Source: an uncultured Calditrichaceae bacterium (lineage in GTDB: Bacteria; Calditrichota; Calditrichia; RBG-13-44-9; J075). From it: DNA of 64,000 bases. Numbering within the stretch: position 1 is the first letter of the stretch; each line of letters begins with the position of its first letter. Shown in pieces: positions 37,071 through 45,739 of the stretch. The position numbers and the translations under genes were made by a program. Under the pieces are notes generated by a model. The model was not told the origin of the DNA, made no database searches, and was given only the letters and a program-made list of their open reading frames with translations. The DNA lies in assembly GCA_964522165.1 (NCBI GenBank), contig CAZFVV010000001.1, positions 23,394 through 87,393 of the forward strand. The letters are read 5' to 3'.

Positions 37071-37120
37071 ATGATCAAGACCTCAAACCTGCAGCAAGGG
37101 AAGTAATTAAATCAGTAACC

Positions 37121-38086
37121 TTAAAACACTTCGATCTTCACATAGCGCCCGGGGTTCTTCTTCAAATCTGTGCTCAGGGAGTCCAGGGAGCGGCTCAGGT
37201 TCACCAGGTTTTGATACAACTGCTTGTCGTTCAACAACTGCGCCGCGGTTCCGCCGCCGTACTGCAGCCGGTAGAGCAGGGAATCGGTTTTAGTTGAGAT
37301 CGCCTTGACCCGGGGGAAAAACGCGGTGTCCGCCAGCAATTGCGCGAAGGTTCCTTTGCCGTTGTGCAAACTGTCTAAAATCGCCTGGAAGTTCGCGGAG
37401 CTGCGGTTCAGGCGGGCGTAGAGGGTGGTGTCCTGCAGGATTTTGCCGGCCGTGCCCTCCCCGCGCGCCAGCCGCCCGGAAATTTTGTCCACATTGGCCA
37501 TCAGGTGCATGAAATTGCCTTCCGCCGCCGGGTCCTTGAACAGCTTCCCGATAATCCCCTTTCCTTGCTTCGCTTCCGCGGTCAGGGAATCCACGTTGTA
37601 AAGGGTTCTCTTCAATCCGGTAAGCATTTCCGAGGCGTCATCGAAAAACGCATAGGGATCTACACCGGGATCGCTGGTAATAAAAGTTTCCGGCTGCAGC
37701 GCCGGCTCCTCGGGGTTGCCGATGTCGATATCCACGTATTTGTCGCCTAAAATGCCCATGGTTTTGATCATGGCCACGGAAGAGGCGGTAATGTGATGGG
37801 AATATTCCTGACCGATTTTCAGCTCCGCGATGATTCCCCGCCGCCCCTCTTCCAGGCTGATGTGCATTTTTCCCACCACCCCGATCTTCAAGCCGGAAAG
37901 GGACACGAACGCGCCGCTATTCAGCCCCTGGGCGTTGGGCAAATACATGTACAGGGAATACTTTTTGTCGAGCAATTTCTGGTTCTTGGCAATGATGAAC
38001 ACGATGAACCCGATCAGGAGAAAACCGAGCAGGAACATCAGGAATACGCCAAGGGAAACGTTGCGGTCTTTACGTGCGAAGGCCAT
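37121..38086 (-). CDS. mlaD: MCE/MlaD-family protein
   Basis: N-terminal TM anchor, then an MCE domain (LSGLKIGVVGKMHISLEEG) and a long C-terminal helical region. Confidence 0.78.
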   Translation of the reverse strand: MAFARKDRNVSLGVFLMFLLGFLLIGFIVFIIAKNQKLLDKKYSLYMYLPNAQGLNSGAFVSLSGLKIGVVGKMHISLEEGRRGIIAELKIGQEYSHHITASSVAMIKTMGILGDKYVDIDIGNPEEPALQPETFITSDPGVDPYAFFDDASEMLTGLKRTLYNVDSLTAEAKQGKGIIGKLFKDPAAEGNFMHLMANVDKISGRLARGEGTAGKILQDTTLYARLNRSSANFQAILDSLHNGKGTFAQLLADTAFFPRVKAISTKTDSLLYRLQYGGGTAAQLLNDKQLYQNLVNLSRSLDSLSTDLKKNPGRYVKIEVF

Positions 38087-38107
38087 GGGGACTGCGCTCC
38101 ACTGGTT

Positions 38108-38830
38108 TCAATTTTGGACGTTTTTGAAGTGGGGATCTTCATACCATTCGTGAATATCCGCCACGGGCGCCCCGTCGTACACGATGCGGCCGTCTTTCAA
38201 CATCATCAGCCGCTTCACTTTGTTCAGGAAGAAATGAATTTCATGAGTCACCACCACGGAGGTAATGTTGAGCTGCCGGTGCAGGTCGCTGATCAAATCG
38301 ACCACTCGCTGCGCGGCAATGGGGTCCAGCCCGGCAGTAGGCTCATCGTAAAGCATGATGCGGGGGTTGGCGATGGCCGCCCGCGCCACCGCGACGCGCT
38401 TTTTCATTCCCCCGCTCAACTGGGACGGATAGTAATGCAGAAAGTCCTCTAAGCCTAAGAAAGCCAATTCCTCCACCACCTGTTTGTGCACCTCTTCCTC
38501 CGGCATGTTGAGGTTTTCTTTGAGAAAAAAGCCCACGTTCTCTTCCACGGTGAGGGAGTCGAACAGCGCGCCCTCCTGAAAAACGATCCCGCAATCCCGG
38601 CGCACTTTCAGCAAGTGGCGCTCCCGCATGGAAGCAATTTCCTGCCCGTTGATATAAATTTCCCCCTTTTCCGGCCTTGCCAATCCTAAGATCAGCTTCA
38701 AAATGGTGCTCTTGCCGCTGCCGCTGCCCCCCACCAGGAGGATCAACTCCCCCGTTTCGATGGTAAAGGAGACGTTGTCGAGCACCTTTCGCTCGCCCAG
38801 GGTCAGGGTAACGTCTTTGAACCGGATCAT
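38108..38830 (-). CDS. mlaF: ABC transporter ATP-binding protein (MlaF-like)
   Basis: Walker A GGSGSGKST, signature LSGGMKKR, Walker B MLYDEPTAGLD. Confidence 0.85.
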   Translation of the reverse strand: MIRFKDVTLTLGERKVLDNVSFTIETGELILLVGGSGSGKSTILKLILGLARPEKGEIYINGQEIASMRERHLLKVRRDCGIVFQEGALFDSLTVEENVGFFLKENLNMPEEEVHKQVVEELAFLGLEDFLHYYPSQLSGGMKKRVAVARAAIANPRIMLYDEPTAGLDPIAAQRVVDLISDLHRQLNITSVVVTHEIHFFLNKVKRLMMLKDGRIVYDGAPVADIHEWYEDPHFKNVQN

Positions 38831-38839
38831 CAGGCTATC

Positions 38840-39643
38840 CTAATACAGTGCGATCACCAGTTTGGTCAACACAAAATCCATCAATAATACCGAAAGAGAG
38901 GTAAACATGGCCGTGAGAGTGGCTGCTTTTCCCAATCCTACCGATCCGCCCCTGACGGTGTAGCCCATGTAACAACCCACCAGCCCCACCAGCAATCCGT
39001 AAAAGGGCGGTTTAAGCCCGCCCACAAACAGATCTTTAAAGGTCAATCCGTTGAAGACCGACAACCAGAAAAATTCCGAATCCACCGCCAGGGTGTTTAC
39101 CGCGATGAACCAGCCGGCAATGATGCCCACGGCGTCAGCGAGGGCGGTGAGGGGGGCCATCAGCAGCACCGAGGCGAACACCCGGGGCACGATCAGGCGT
39201 TTGATGGGATCGGTGCCGAAGGCGCGCAGGGCGTCCACCTGCTCGGTAAGCACCATGTTGCCGATCTCCGAGACCAGCTTGGCCCCGCTGCGGGCGGCGA
39301 TCATCAGCCCGGTAATGGTGGGGCCGATCACCCGGATCACCGAGATCGCCACCATTCGCCCGGTCATCAGTTTGGCGCCGAACTGCTCCAGCTTGGTGCC
39401 CCATTCCAGGGTCATCACCATCCCGATGCTGGCCGCGGCGGCGAGCACCAGCGGGAGGGCCTGGTTGCCCATGATGTGCATTTGCGCCAGGGTATCCTGC
39501 CAGTACACGAAGACGTACTTCACGCCCCGGAGGGTGCGGAAAGAGAACCGCATGAAGCGAATGCACTCAATAGCCGCAGTTTTGATTTTTCCCGGAATTG
39601 CCAGTAACATGAATGCTCTTTTTACCCCCAAGTGATTCAGCAA
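38840..39643 (-). CDS. mlaE: ABC transporter permease (MlaE-like)
   Basis: 267 aa MlaE-family permease topology and conserved motifs. Confidence 0.82.
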   Translation of the reverse strand: MLNHLGVKRAFMLLAIPGKIKTAAIECIRFMRFSFRTLRGVKYVFVYWQDTLAQMHIMGNQALPLVLAAAASIGMVMTLEWGTKLEQFGAKLMTGRMVAISVIRVIGPTITGLMIAARSGAKLVSEIGNMVLTEQVDALRAFGTDPIKRLIVPRVFASVLLMAPLTALADAVGIIAGWFIAVNTLAVDSEFFWLSVFNGLTFKDLFVGGLKPPFYGLLVGLVGCYMGYTVRGGSVGLGKAATLTAMFTSLSVLLMDFVLTKLVIALY

Positions 39644-39702
39644 ATCAGCGATAAAGTTAAGAGAAAAGCGGGAATAATCAAAATTGTATTTGGGCGGCGC
39701 GT

Positions 39703-41223
39703 TCAGGGTGTATTCGCGAGCACCCGCCCCTGCCGGGCGGGAATGTTAACCTCGATCTTCCCGCTTTTTCCGGTTTTGAGATGCGCATCTTCTCCCCACA
39801 CGGTCCGGAACACCTCTCCCGCCCCGGAAAAATCGCCCAAAGGCAGGGAGAGTGATTTCGCTTTTTGGCGGGTATTGAAGAGGATGATCATGCGCCGGGC
39901 TTTTAGCTTGCGGCCCAAAGCCAGTATCCCTTCCCCGGCGTGGAGCAGGTGATATTCCCCGCTGCGCAGGCAGGGGTGCTGATGGCGCAGGGCGATTGCT
40001 TCGCGGTAAAATTTCAGCAAATCCTTATCCCAAACGCTCTCGTCCTGCCAGGGGAAAGCCCCGCGGCAGCCGGGATCGTGTCCCCCGCTCATCCCGATCT
40101 CGTCCCCGTAATAGATGCAGGGCGCGCCGGGCATGGTCATTTGGAAGAGGGCGCAGAGGCGCAGGGCGCTTTTATCGCCGCCCAACATCCAGAGGGCCCG
40201 GGCGGTGTCGTGGCTGTCGAGCAGGTTGAGCTGCGCCTGGCTGGCTTCCCAATCGTAGGCGGCGTGGGTGGCTTCGATCCGCCGGGAAAACCGCCCCGCG
40301 TCCAGGGCGCGCAGCTTTTTGCCCCCGGCGCGGTAGTGTTTGGCCAGGGTTTTCGCGCCGAAGAACCCTAACGCGGCAAATCCTAACGGGTAATTCATCA
40401 GCGCGTCGAAGCGGTCGCCTTGCAGCCATTTGGGAGCTAATTTCCAGATTTCCCCGCACAAGTAGGCCTCCGGATTTGCCTCCTTCACGGTGCGGCGGAA
40501 TTCCTGCCAGAAGGTTTTATCTTTGATCTCTTCCGCCACGTCCAACCGCCAGCCGTCGATGCCGAACTCGATCCAGTGCCGGGCAGCTCTCAGCAAATAT
40601 TCCCGCACTCCGGGATTTTTAATGTTGAATTTTGGCAGCGCCGGCAACCCCCACCAGCAGGCGTAATTAGGAGGATTCGCCTTGTCGCTGTGATAAGCGC
40701 GCAGGGGCCAGTCCCGGACGAGAAACCAGTCTAAGTAGGGAGAGTTCCCTTTGGTTTCCAATATGTGGTGAAATGCCCAGAAGCCCCGGCTGGCGTGGTT
40801 GAACACCCCGTCCAATATGATGCGGATGTTCCGGGCGTGCGCCACATCCAACAGCTCCCGCAGCGCCTCGTTGCCGCCCAACAGCGGGTCCACCTGGAAA
40901 TAATCGTAAGTGTGGTAGCGGTGGTTGGAAGCGGAAGCGAAGATGGGATTGAGATAAATGGCGTTGATGCCTAACGCCTGCAAGTAATCAAGTTTTTCAA
41001 TGATTCCCCACAAATCGCCGCCCTGGAAGCCCTGCTCCTCCGGGGGCGTTCCCCAGGGTTTCAGGGTGAGGCCCGGGGGAAGATGGCTGCGGGCGCCGCG
41101 GGCGAAGCGGTCCGGGAAAATCTGGTAAAAAACGGCGTGTTTGGCCCAGTCGGGGGTGTGGATTGGCAAGGGGAGCCTCCTGTATGCTGGTATATATAGT
41201 GGTGTATGGACGGTCGGCAGCAA
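39703..41223 (-). CDS. Glycoside hydrolase family 13 alpha-amylase-family enzyme
   Basis: FYQIFPDRFA, GGDLWGIIEKLDYLQALGINAIYLNPIF, ILDGVFNHAS and GWRLDVA are GH13 conserved regions. Confidence 0.85.
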   Translation of the reverse strand: MLPTVHTPLYIPAYRRLPLPIHTPDWAKHAVFYQIFPDRFARGARSHLPPGLTLKPWGTPPEEQGFQGGDLWGIIEKLDYLQALGINAIYLNPIFASASNHRYHTYDYFQVDPLLGGNEALRELLDVAHARNIRIILDGVFNHASRGFWAFHHILETKGNSPYLDWFLVRDWPLRAYHSDKANPPNYACWWGLPALPKFNIKNPGVREYLLRAARHWIEFGIDGWRLDVAEEIKDKTFWQEFRRTVKEANPEAYLCGEIWKLAPKWLQGDRFDALMNYPLGFAALGFFGAKTLAKHYRAGGKKLRALDAGRFSRRIEATHAAYDWEASQAQLNLLDSHDTARALWMLGGDKSALRLCALFQMTMPGAPCIYYGDEIGMSGGHDPGCRGAFPWQDESVWDKDLLKFYREAIALRHQHPCLRSGEYHLLHAGEGILALGRKLKARRMIILFNTRQKAKSLSLPLGDFSGAGEVFRTVWGEDAHLKTGKSGKIEVNIPARQGRVLANTP

Positions 41224-41264
41224 CCTCCCGGAGGTTCCGAACCTCCGGGAGGGTTTAAATCAAT

Positions 41265-44200
41265 TCATCGCATCAACAGCATTTTGCGGGTCTCCACAAA
41301 ACCCTGCCCTGGGCCGCTCGAAGGGGCCGCCGTGAGCCGGTAGAAATACACTCCTGAAGCCGCACCGCTGCCATCCCACTGTACGCTGTGGTAGCCCGCT
41401 GCTTTGCGCTCGTCAACTAACAGGGCTACCCCCTGGCCGAGGATGTTGAAGATTTCCAGTTTCACCTGCGCTGTTTTAGGCAGGCCGAAGCGGATGGTGG
41501 TGGCCGGGTTGAAGGGGTTGGGGTAGTTCTCGACTGTAAAGCTCTGCGGCACGTTTTCCATGGCCGGGACAGAACCTTGGTCGGATAGTTTTAGATAAGG
41601 CAACAAGTCCGTAAATGTACCCGCCGCAGCCATGGCGCTGAAGCTGAGAGAAACCGGCTTGTCGGGAAGCGACGGGGCGTTGCCCAGTATCTTGAACTTC
41701 AGGTTCAAGATGTTCACCACTCCAACGGCGCCGTGCGGATAGGCGTGGGCGGCCGCCAGCCGACCTTCTTTCACTTTCAAGTCATTGATCATTGGTGCGG
41801 CAAAACCTTCGGTGGTGCCGCTGCTGTAACCGGTGAGTTGCAGCAGAGAGGGGTCCCAACTCAGGGCGACGGTATAGCTGCCCAGCTTTTCGCCGGTTTT
41901 GGTCATGTCGATCATCACCGGAACTTCTAGTACCTGCCCGGTAAGGTTCGGAGCCGCGTAAGCCTGTACTTCATTTCCTTTCGCTGGCGGGGCAACGGTT
42001 GACTTACCGGGAGCAACCGGCGCGGGCAGGCATACCACCGTTCCAATCGGGAAGGGTACCGGGAGTCCGACTTCCCAGGTCAGGGTCACCAGTGCATCGG
42101 TAGAGTTGGTCAAACCGTCATCGTTCACGTCGCCAAATCCGATGGCAATACGATCCAGAAACGGCTGGGGAAGCGGTAAGCCAGCGTCGTAGGATAGGAG
42201 CACTAGGGCGTCGATGGAGTTGGTTGCGCCGTCACCGGTAACGTCGCCCAGCACGCCGCTCAGTTGGTCAGCACCGCAAACCAGCATATGCGCAGTGACC
42301 ACATCGGAGGGATTATTCGGATCGTTGCCGCTCACCATAATGTCAGTGGAGTAATCGCCTGGCAGGGTGTCGGCGTTGAAGGTTACCGTCACATCCATGC
42401 TGCCGCCTGCGGGAACCGTGCCGGCCGTAGAGGCTACCTCCAACCACTCAACCATCGGAACCACGCTGATGCTCCAGATCAGCTCGCCTCCCCCGGAATT
42501 GAAGATGGTGATGGTCTCATCCCCGGTTTGGCCCTGCGAGAGAGCAACATTCAGCATTTGCGGGCTCACCACCATCACCCCAGCGGACTGTAACGCGCTG
42601 ATCCCGGCAATTCCGGCATGGGGCAAATTACCTATGCGGATAAACGCTCCCCCGGCATATACCGTGGAACCGCTCACCGCCAGGGCATCTACCCCGGGGT
42701 AGGCATTGGGATCCCAGGCGGTAGCGCTGCCGGTAGCGGCATTCAGCGCGGCAATGTAGTTGCGCTCCTGCCCGCCGATGCTGCCAAAAGATCCCCCGGC
42801 ATAGACCGTAGAGCCGCTCACCGCCAGGGCAGATACCCAGTTGTTGGCATTGGGATTCCAGGCCGTGGCGCTGCCGGTCGTGGCATCCAGCGCGGCAATG
42901 TAGTTTCGCGCCTGCCCGCCAATGCTGGTAAACCCTCCCCCGGCATAGACCGTGGAGCCGCTCACCGCCAGGGTCACTACTTCGCCATTGGCATCAGGAT
43001 TCCAGGCGGTGGCGCTGCCAGTAGCGGCATCCAGCGCAGCGATGTAGTCTCGCGGCTGCCCGCCGATGTGGTGAAAGTTTCCCCCGGTATAGACCGTGGA
43101 GCCGCTCACCGCCAGGGCAAGAACCGGACCGAAGATGGAGTTGGGATTCCAGGCGGTTGCGCTGCCGGTAGCGGAATCCAGTGCCGCAATGCGGCTGCGC
43201 TGCTGCCCGCCAATATTGAAAAAGTCTCCCCCGGCATAGACTGTGGAGCCGCTCACCGCCAGAGCGGTTACTAGTTCATCGGCATCTGGATTCCAGGCGG
43301 TGACGCTGCCGCTAACGGCATCCAGCGCGGCAATGCGGTTGCGCTCCTGCCCGCCAATGCTGGTAAACCCTCCCCCGGCATAGACCGTGGAGCCACTCAC
43401 CGCCAGGGCCAATACCCCGATATTGGCATTGGGATTCCAGGCGGTGGCGCTGCCAGTAGCGGCATCTAACGCGGCAATGCGGTTACGTGCCTGCCCGTCG
43501 ATGCTGGTAAATTCTCCCCCGGCATAGACCGTGGAGCCGCTCAGCGCCAGGGCCCATACCACGCTGTTGGCATTGGGATTCCAGGGGGTAGCGCTGCCGG
43601 TAGCAGCATCCAGCGCGGCAATGCGGTTTCGCGGCTGCCCGCCAATATTAGTAAAATACCCCCCGGCATAGGCCGTGGAGCTGCTTACTGCCAGGGCACT
43701 TACAGGGTTGTTGGCATTAGGATTCCAGGGGGTAGCGCTGCCGGTAGCGGCATCCAGCGCGGTGATGTAGTTTCGCGCTTGCCCCCCGATGCTGGTAAAA
43801 AATCCCCCGGCATAGATGGTGGAGCCGCTCACTGCCAGGGCATTTACAGGGTTGTTGGCATTAGGATTCCAGGGGGTAGCGCTGCCGCTAACAGCATCCA
43901 GCGCGGTGATGTAGTTTCGCGGCTGCCCGCCGATGCTGGTAAACCCTCCCCCGGCATAGACCGTGGAGCCGCTCACCACCAGGGTCCATACTCCGTCGTT
44001 AGCATCGGGATTCCAGGTTGTGGCGCTGCCGGTAGCGGCATCCAGTGCGGCAATGTAGTTTCGCGCCTGCCCGCCAATGCTGATAAAGGCTCCCCCGGCA
44101 TAGATGGTGGAGCCGCTCACCGCAAGGGTTGCTACCGGACCGTTGGCATCAGGATCCCAGGGAGAGAGGGTATGGTCCGCCTGAATATGGGCGATGTTAT

Positions 44201-44528
44201 TGCGCGGTACCCCGTTTACATGGGTAAATATTCCTCCGATATACCAACCGCCCATCCCGTCTGGAACCACCGCATTCACAGTTCCTAGCACCTTCGGCAG
44301 AGAAATATCTGGCGCGCCGGTAACAACGTCGATGGCCGCCCCGCCGCCCGTGGCGGGACCCACTTCGGTAAAGTCTCCCCCAATGTAGATGGTGCTTCCC
44401 GAAACCACCAATGCTCTCACCGGAGCATTGGTGATCCACAAATTGGGGTCAATGGTCTGCGCCGCTCCCGGCAGGCTGCCCAGGAGCAATGCGCCCAGCG
44501 TGAACCAGAGCCGGATTATGCGTTTCAT
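41265..44528 (-). CDS. Large secreted protein (1087 aa): about 17 tandem delta-60-type repeats, two dockerin-like modules and a T9SS C-terminal sorting domain
   Basis: Repeated SGSTVYAGGxFTSIGGQxRNYIAALDAATGSATxWNPNAN blocks. Dockerin-like modules GDVTGDGATNSIDALVLLSYDAG and GDVNDDGLTNSTDAL. C-terminal YPNPFNPATTIRFGLP...ILGQGVALL...SGVYFYRL. Confidence 0.8.
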   Translation of the reverse strand: MKRIIRLWFTLGALLLGSLPGAAQTIDPNLWITNAPVRALVVSGSTIYIGGDFTEVGPATGGGAAIDVVTGAPDISLPKVLGTVNAVVPDGMGGWYIGGIFTHVNGVPRNNIAHIQADHTLSPWDPDANGPVATLAVSGSTIYAGGAFISIGGQARNYIAALDAATGSATTWNPDANDGVWTLVVSGSTVYAGGGFTSIGGQPRNYITALDAVSGSATPWNPNANNPVNALAVSGSTIYAGGFFTSIGGQARNYITALDAATGSATPWNPNANNPVSALAVSSSTAYAGGYFTNIGGQPRNRIAALDAATGSATPWNPNANSVVWALALSGSTVYAGGEFTSIDGQARNRIAALDAATGSATAWNPNANIGVLALAVSGSTVYAGGGFTSIGGQERNRIAALDAVSGSVTAWNPDADELVTALAVSGSTVYAGGDFFNIGGQQRSRIAALDSATGSATAWNPNSIFGPVLALAVSGSTVYTGGNFHHIGGQPRDYIAALDAATGSATAWNPDANGEVVTLAVSGSTVYAGGGFTSIGGQARNYIAALDATTGSATAWNPNANNWVSALAVSGSTVYAGGSFGSIGGQERNYIAALNAATGSATAWDPNAYPGVDALAVSGSTVYAGGAFIRIGNLPHAGIAGISALQSAGVMVVSPQMLNVALSQGQTGDETITIFNSGGGELIWSISVVPMVEWLEVASTAGTVPAGGSMDVTVTFNADTLPGDYSTDIMVSGNDPNNPSDVVTAHMLVCGADQLSGVLGDVTGDGATNSIDALVLLSYDAGLPLPQPFLDRIAIGFGDVNDDGLTNSTDALVTLTWEVGLPVPFPIGTVVCLPAPVAPGKSTVAPPAKGNEVQAYAAPNLTGQVLEVPVMIDMTKTGEKLGSYTVALSWDPSLLQLTGYSSGTTEGFAAPMINDLKVKEGRLAAAHAYPHGAVGVVNILNLKFKILGNAPSLPDKPVSLSFSAMAAAGTFTDLLPYLKLSDQGSVPAMENVPQSFTVENYPNPFNPATTIRFGLPKTAQVKLEIFNILGQGVALLVDERKAAGYHSVQWDGSGAASGVYFYRLTAAPSSGPGQGFVETRKMLLMR

Positions 44529-44941
44529 GGCTTTCCTCCGTTTTGTTTGTTTCTTCTGACAATGGTTGTTGCTGCAAACTTACGGAAAGCAAAGGGAGGG
44601 TTCAAGGGGAATTTGTGGCATAATAATACCGCCGGGGGGGATTCCAATTAAACTGATCGATAACGAAGTTGCATCCAGGCGCAGCTATACTTAGATTTGC
44701 ACCGGCATCTCAATTTCAGCAAATGGAGGATTCGATGTATATCGCCATCAGAGGGCTTTTTAGATAAAATGACTTGAAATTTGCCAGGAAACTCCGGACC
44801 CAATGGGAAAGAGACCATGAAAGATAAAGTCAGGAGCATTGTTTGGTAAATATTATTACGGTTGTAGAATTGTACTGTGGATAGGTTTTCCCTCCTTGAT
44901 TTCCCTGGATATTTGAAATATTTTACCAACGGGCGAAAATT

Positions 44942-45331
44942 ATGAAACTTCAAGAACATATCGATTATTGGCTGAAATCAGCCGCCCATGACCTGGAGAG
45001 TGCTGAGACGCTGTTTGAGCACGGACGCTACGATTGGTGTCTGTTCCTGGGGCACCTGGTAATTGAAAAAATGCTGAAAGCCTTTTTTGTGCGAGACACT
45101 CAGAATCAAACCCCACCCTTTACCCACAATCTTTCCATGATAGCCGCCCACACCAGCCTGAACCTCACATTACAACAAGAAAATTTACTGCTTGAGCTAA
45201 ACCAGTTTAACCTGCGAACCCGTTATCCAGACTATAAGTTAGAATTCTACCAAAAGTGTACCCGGCAGTTTGCCGAACCATATTTTGCCAAAATCAAGGA
45301 GCTATACCAATGGCTGTTGCAACAGATATAG
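44942..45331 (+). CDS. HEPN domain protein (PF05168 type)
   Basis: WLKSAAHDLESAETLFEHGRYDWCLFLGHLVIEKMLKAF...THNLSMI...RTRYPDY matches the HEPN layout of HEPN/MNT pairs. Confidence 0.78.
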   Translation: MKLQEHIDYWLKSAAHDLESAETLFEHGRYDWCLFLGHLVIEKMLKAFFVRDTQNQTPPFTHNLSMIAAHTSLNLTLQQENLLLELNQFNLRTRYPDYKLEFYQKCTRQFAEPYFAKIKELYQWLLQQI

Positions 45332-45621
45332 ACAACAAGGTTCACTTGTTTCTCGATCTCATCTCCAAAAAAATCGAGATTGTTCAGGCATATCTTTTTG
45401 GTTCATCCGTAAAAGGCAAATCGCACGAATGGAGCGACATCGACTTGGCCATCGTGTCGCCAGATTTTTCCGGCGATAGTTTTGAAGACAGCAAAATGCT
45501 GTTCCCTTTTATCCTGCAAATAGATCGCTCCATCGAAGTGCATCCTTTCCGCCCGGGCGATTTTTCCCTTGACAATCCTTTCATCAAAGAAATTGTTGAA
45601 ACCGGCCTGAGAATTGTTTAG
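45310..45621 (+). CDS. Nucleotidyltransferase (MNT) domain protein, partner of the HEPN gene
   Basis: AYLFGSSVKGKSHEWSDIDLAIV (GS...DxD) is a minimal nucleotidyltransferase. The start overlaps the HEPN gene's end by 22 nt. Confidence 0.78.
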   Translation: MAVATDIDNKVHLFLDLISKKIEIVQAYLFGSSVKGKSHEWSDIDLAIVSPDFSGDSFEDSKMLFPFILQIDRSIEVHPFRPGDFSLDNPFIKEIVETGLRIV

Positions 45622-45739
45622 CGCAGAAAAAACCTTCCCTGGCATGCCGAGGTCATCCGGGATTCGGAAGGTTTACTTGAACATTTGCGCACCTTAACAC
45701 CCTGCCTGCCTGAAATCCGGCAGTCAGGCAGGCAAAATC

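Noticed and set aside
44648-44959. 103-aa minus-strand ORF in the AT-rich spacer
   Set aside because: Low-complexity translation, no RBS, and it overlaps the HEPN start region. Judged noncoding.
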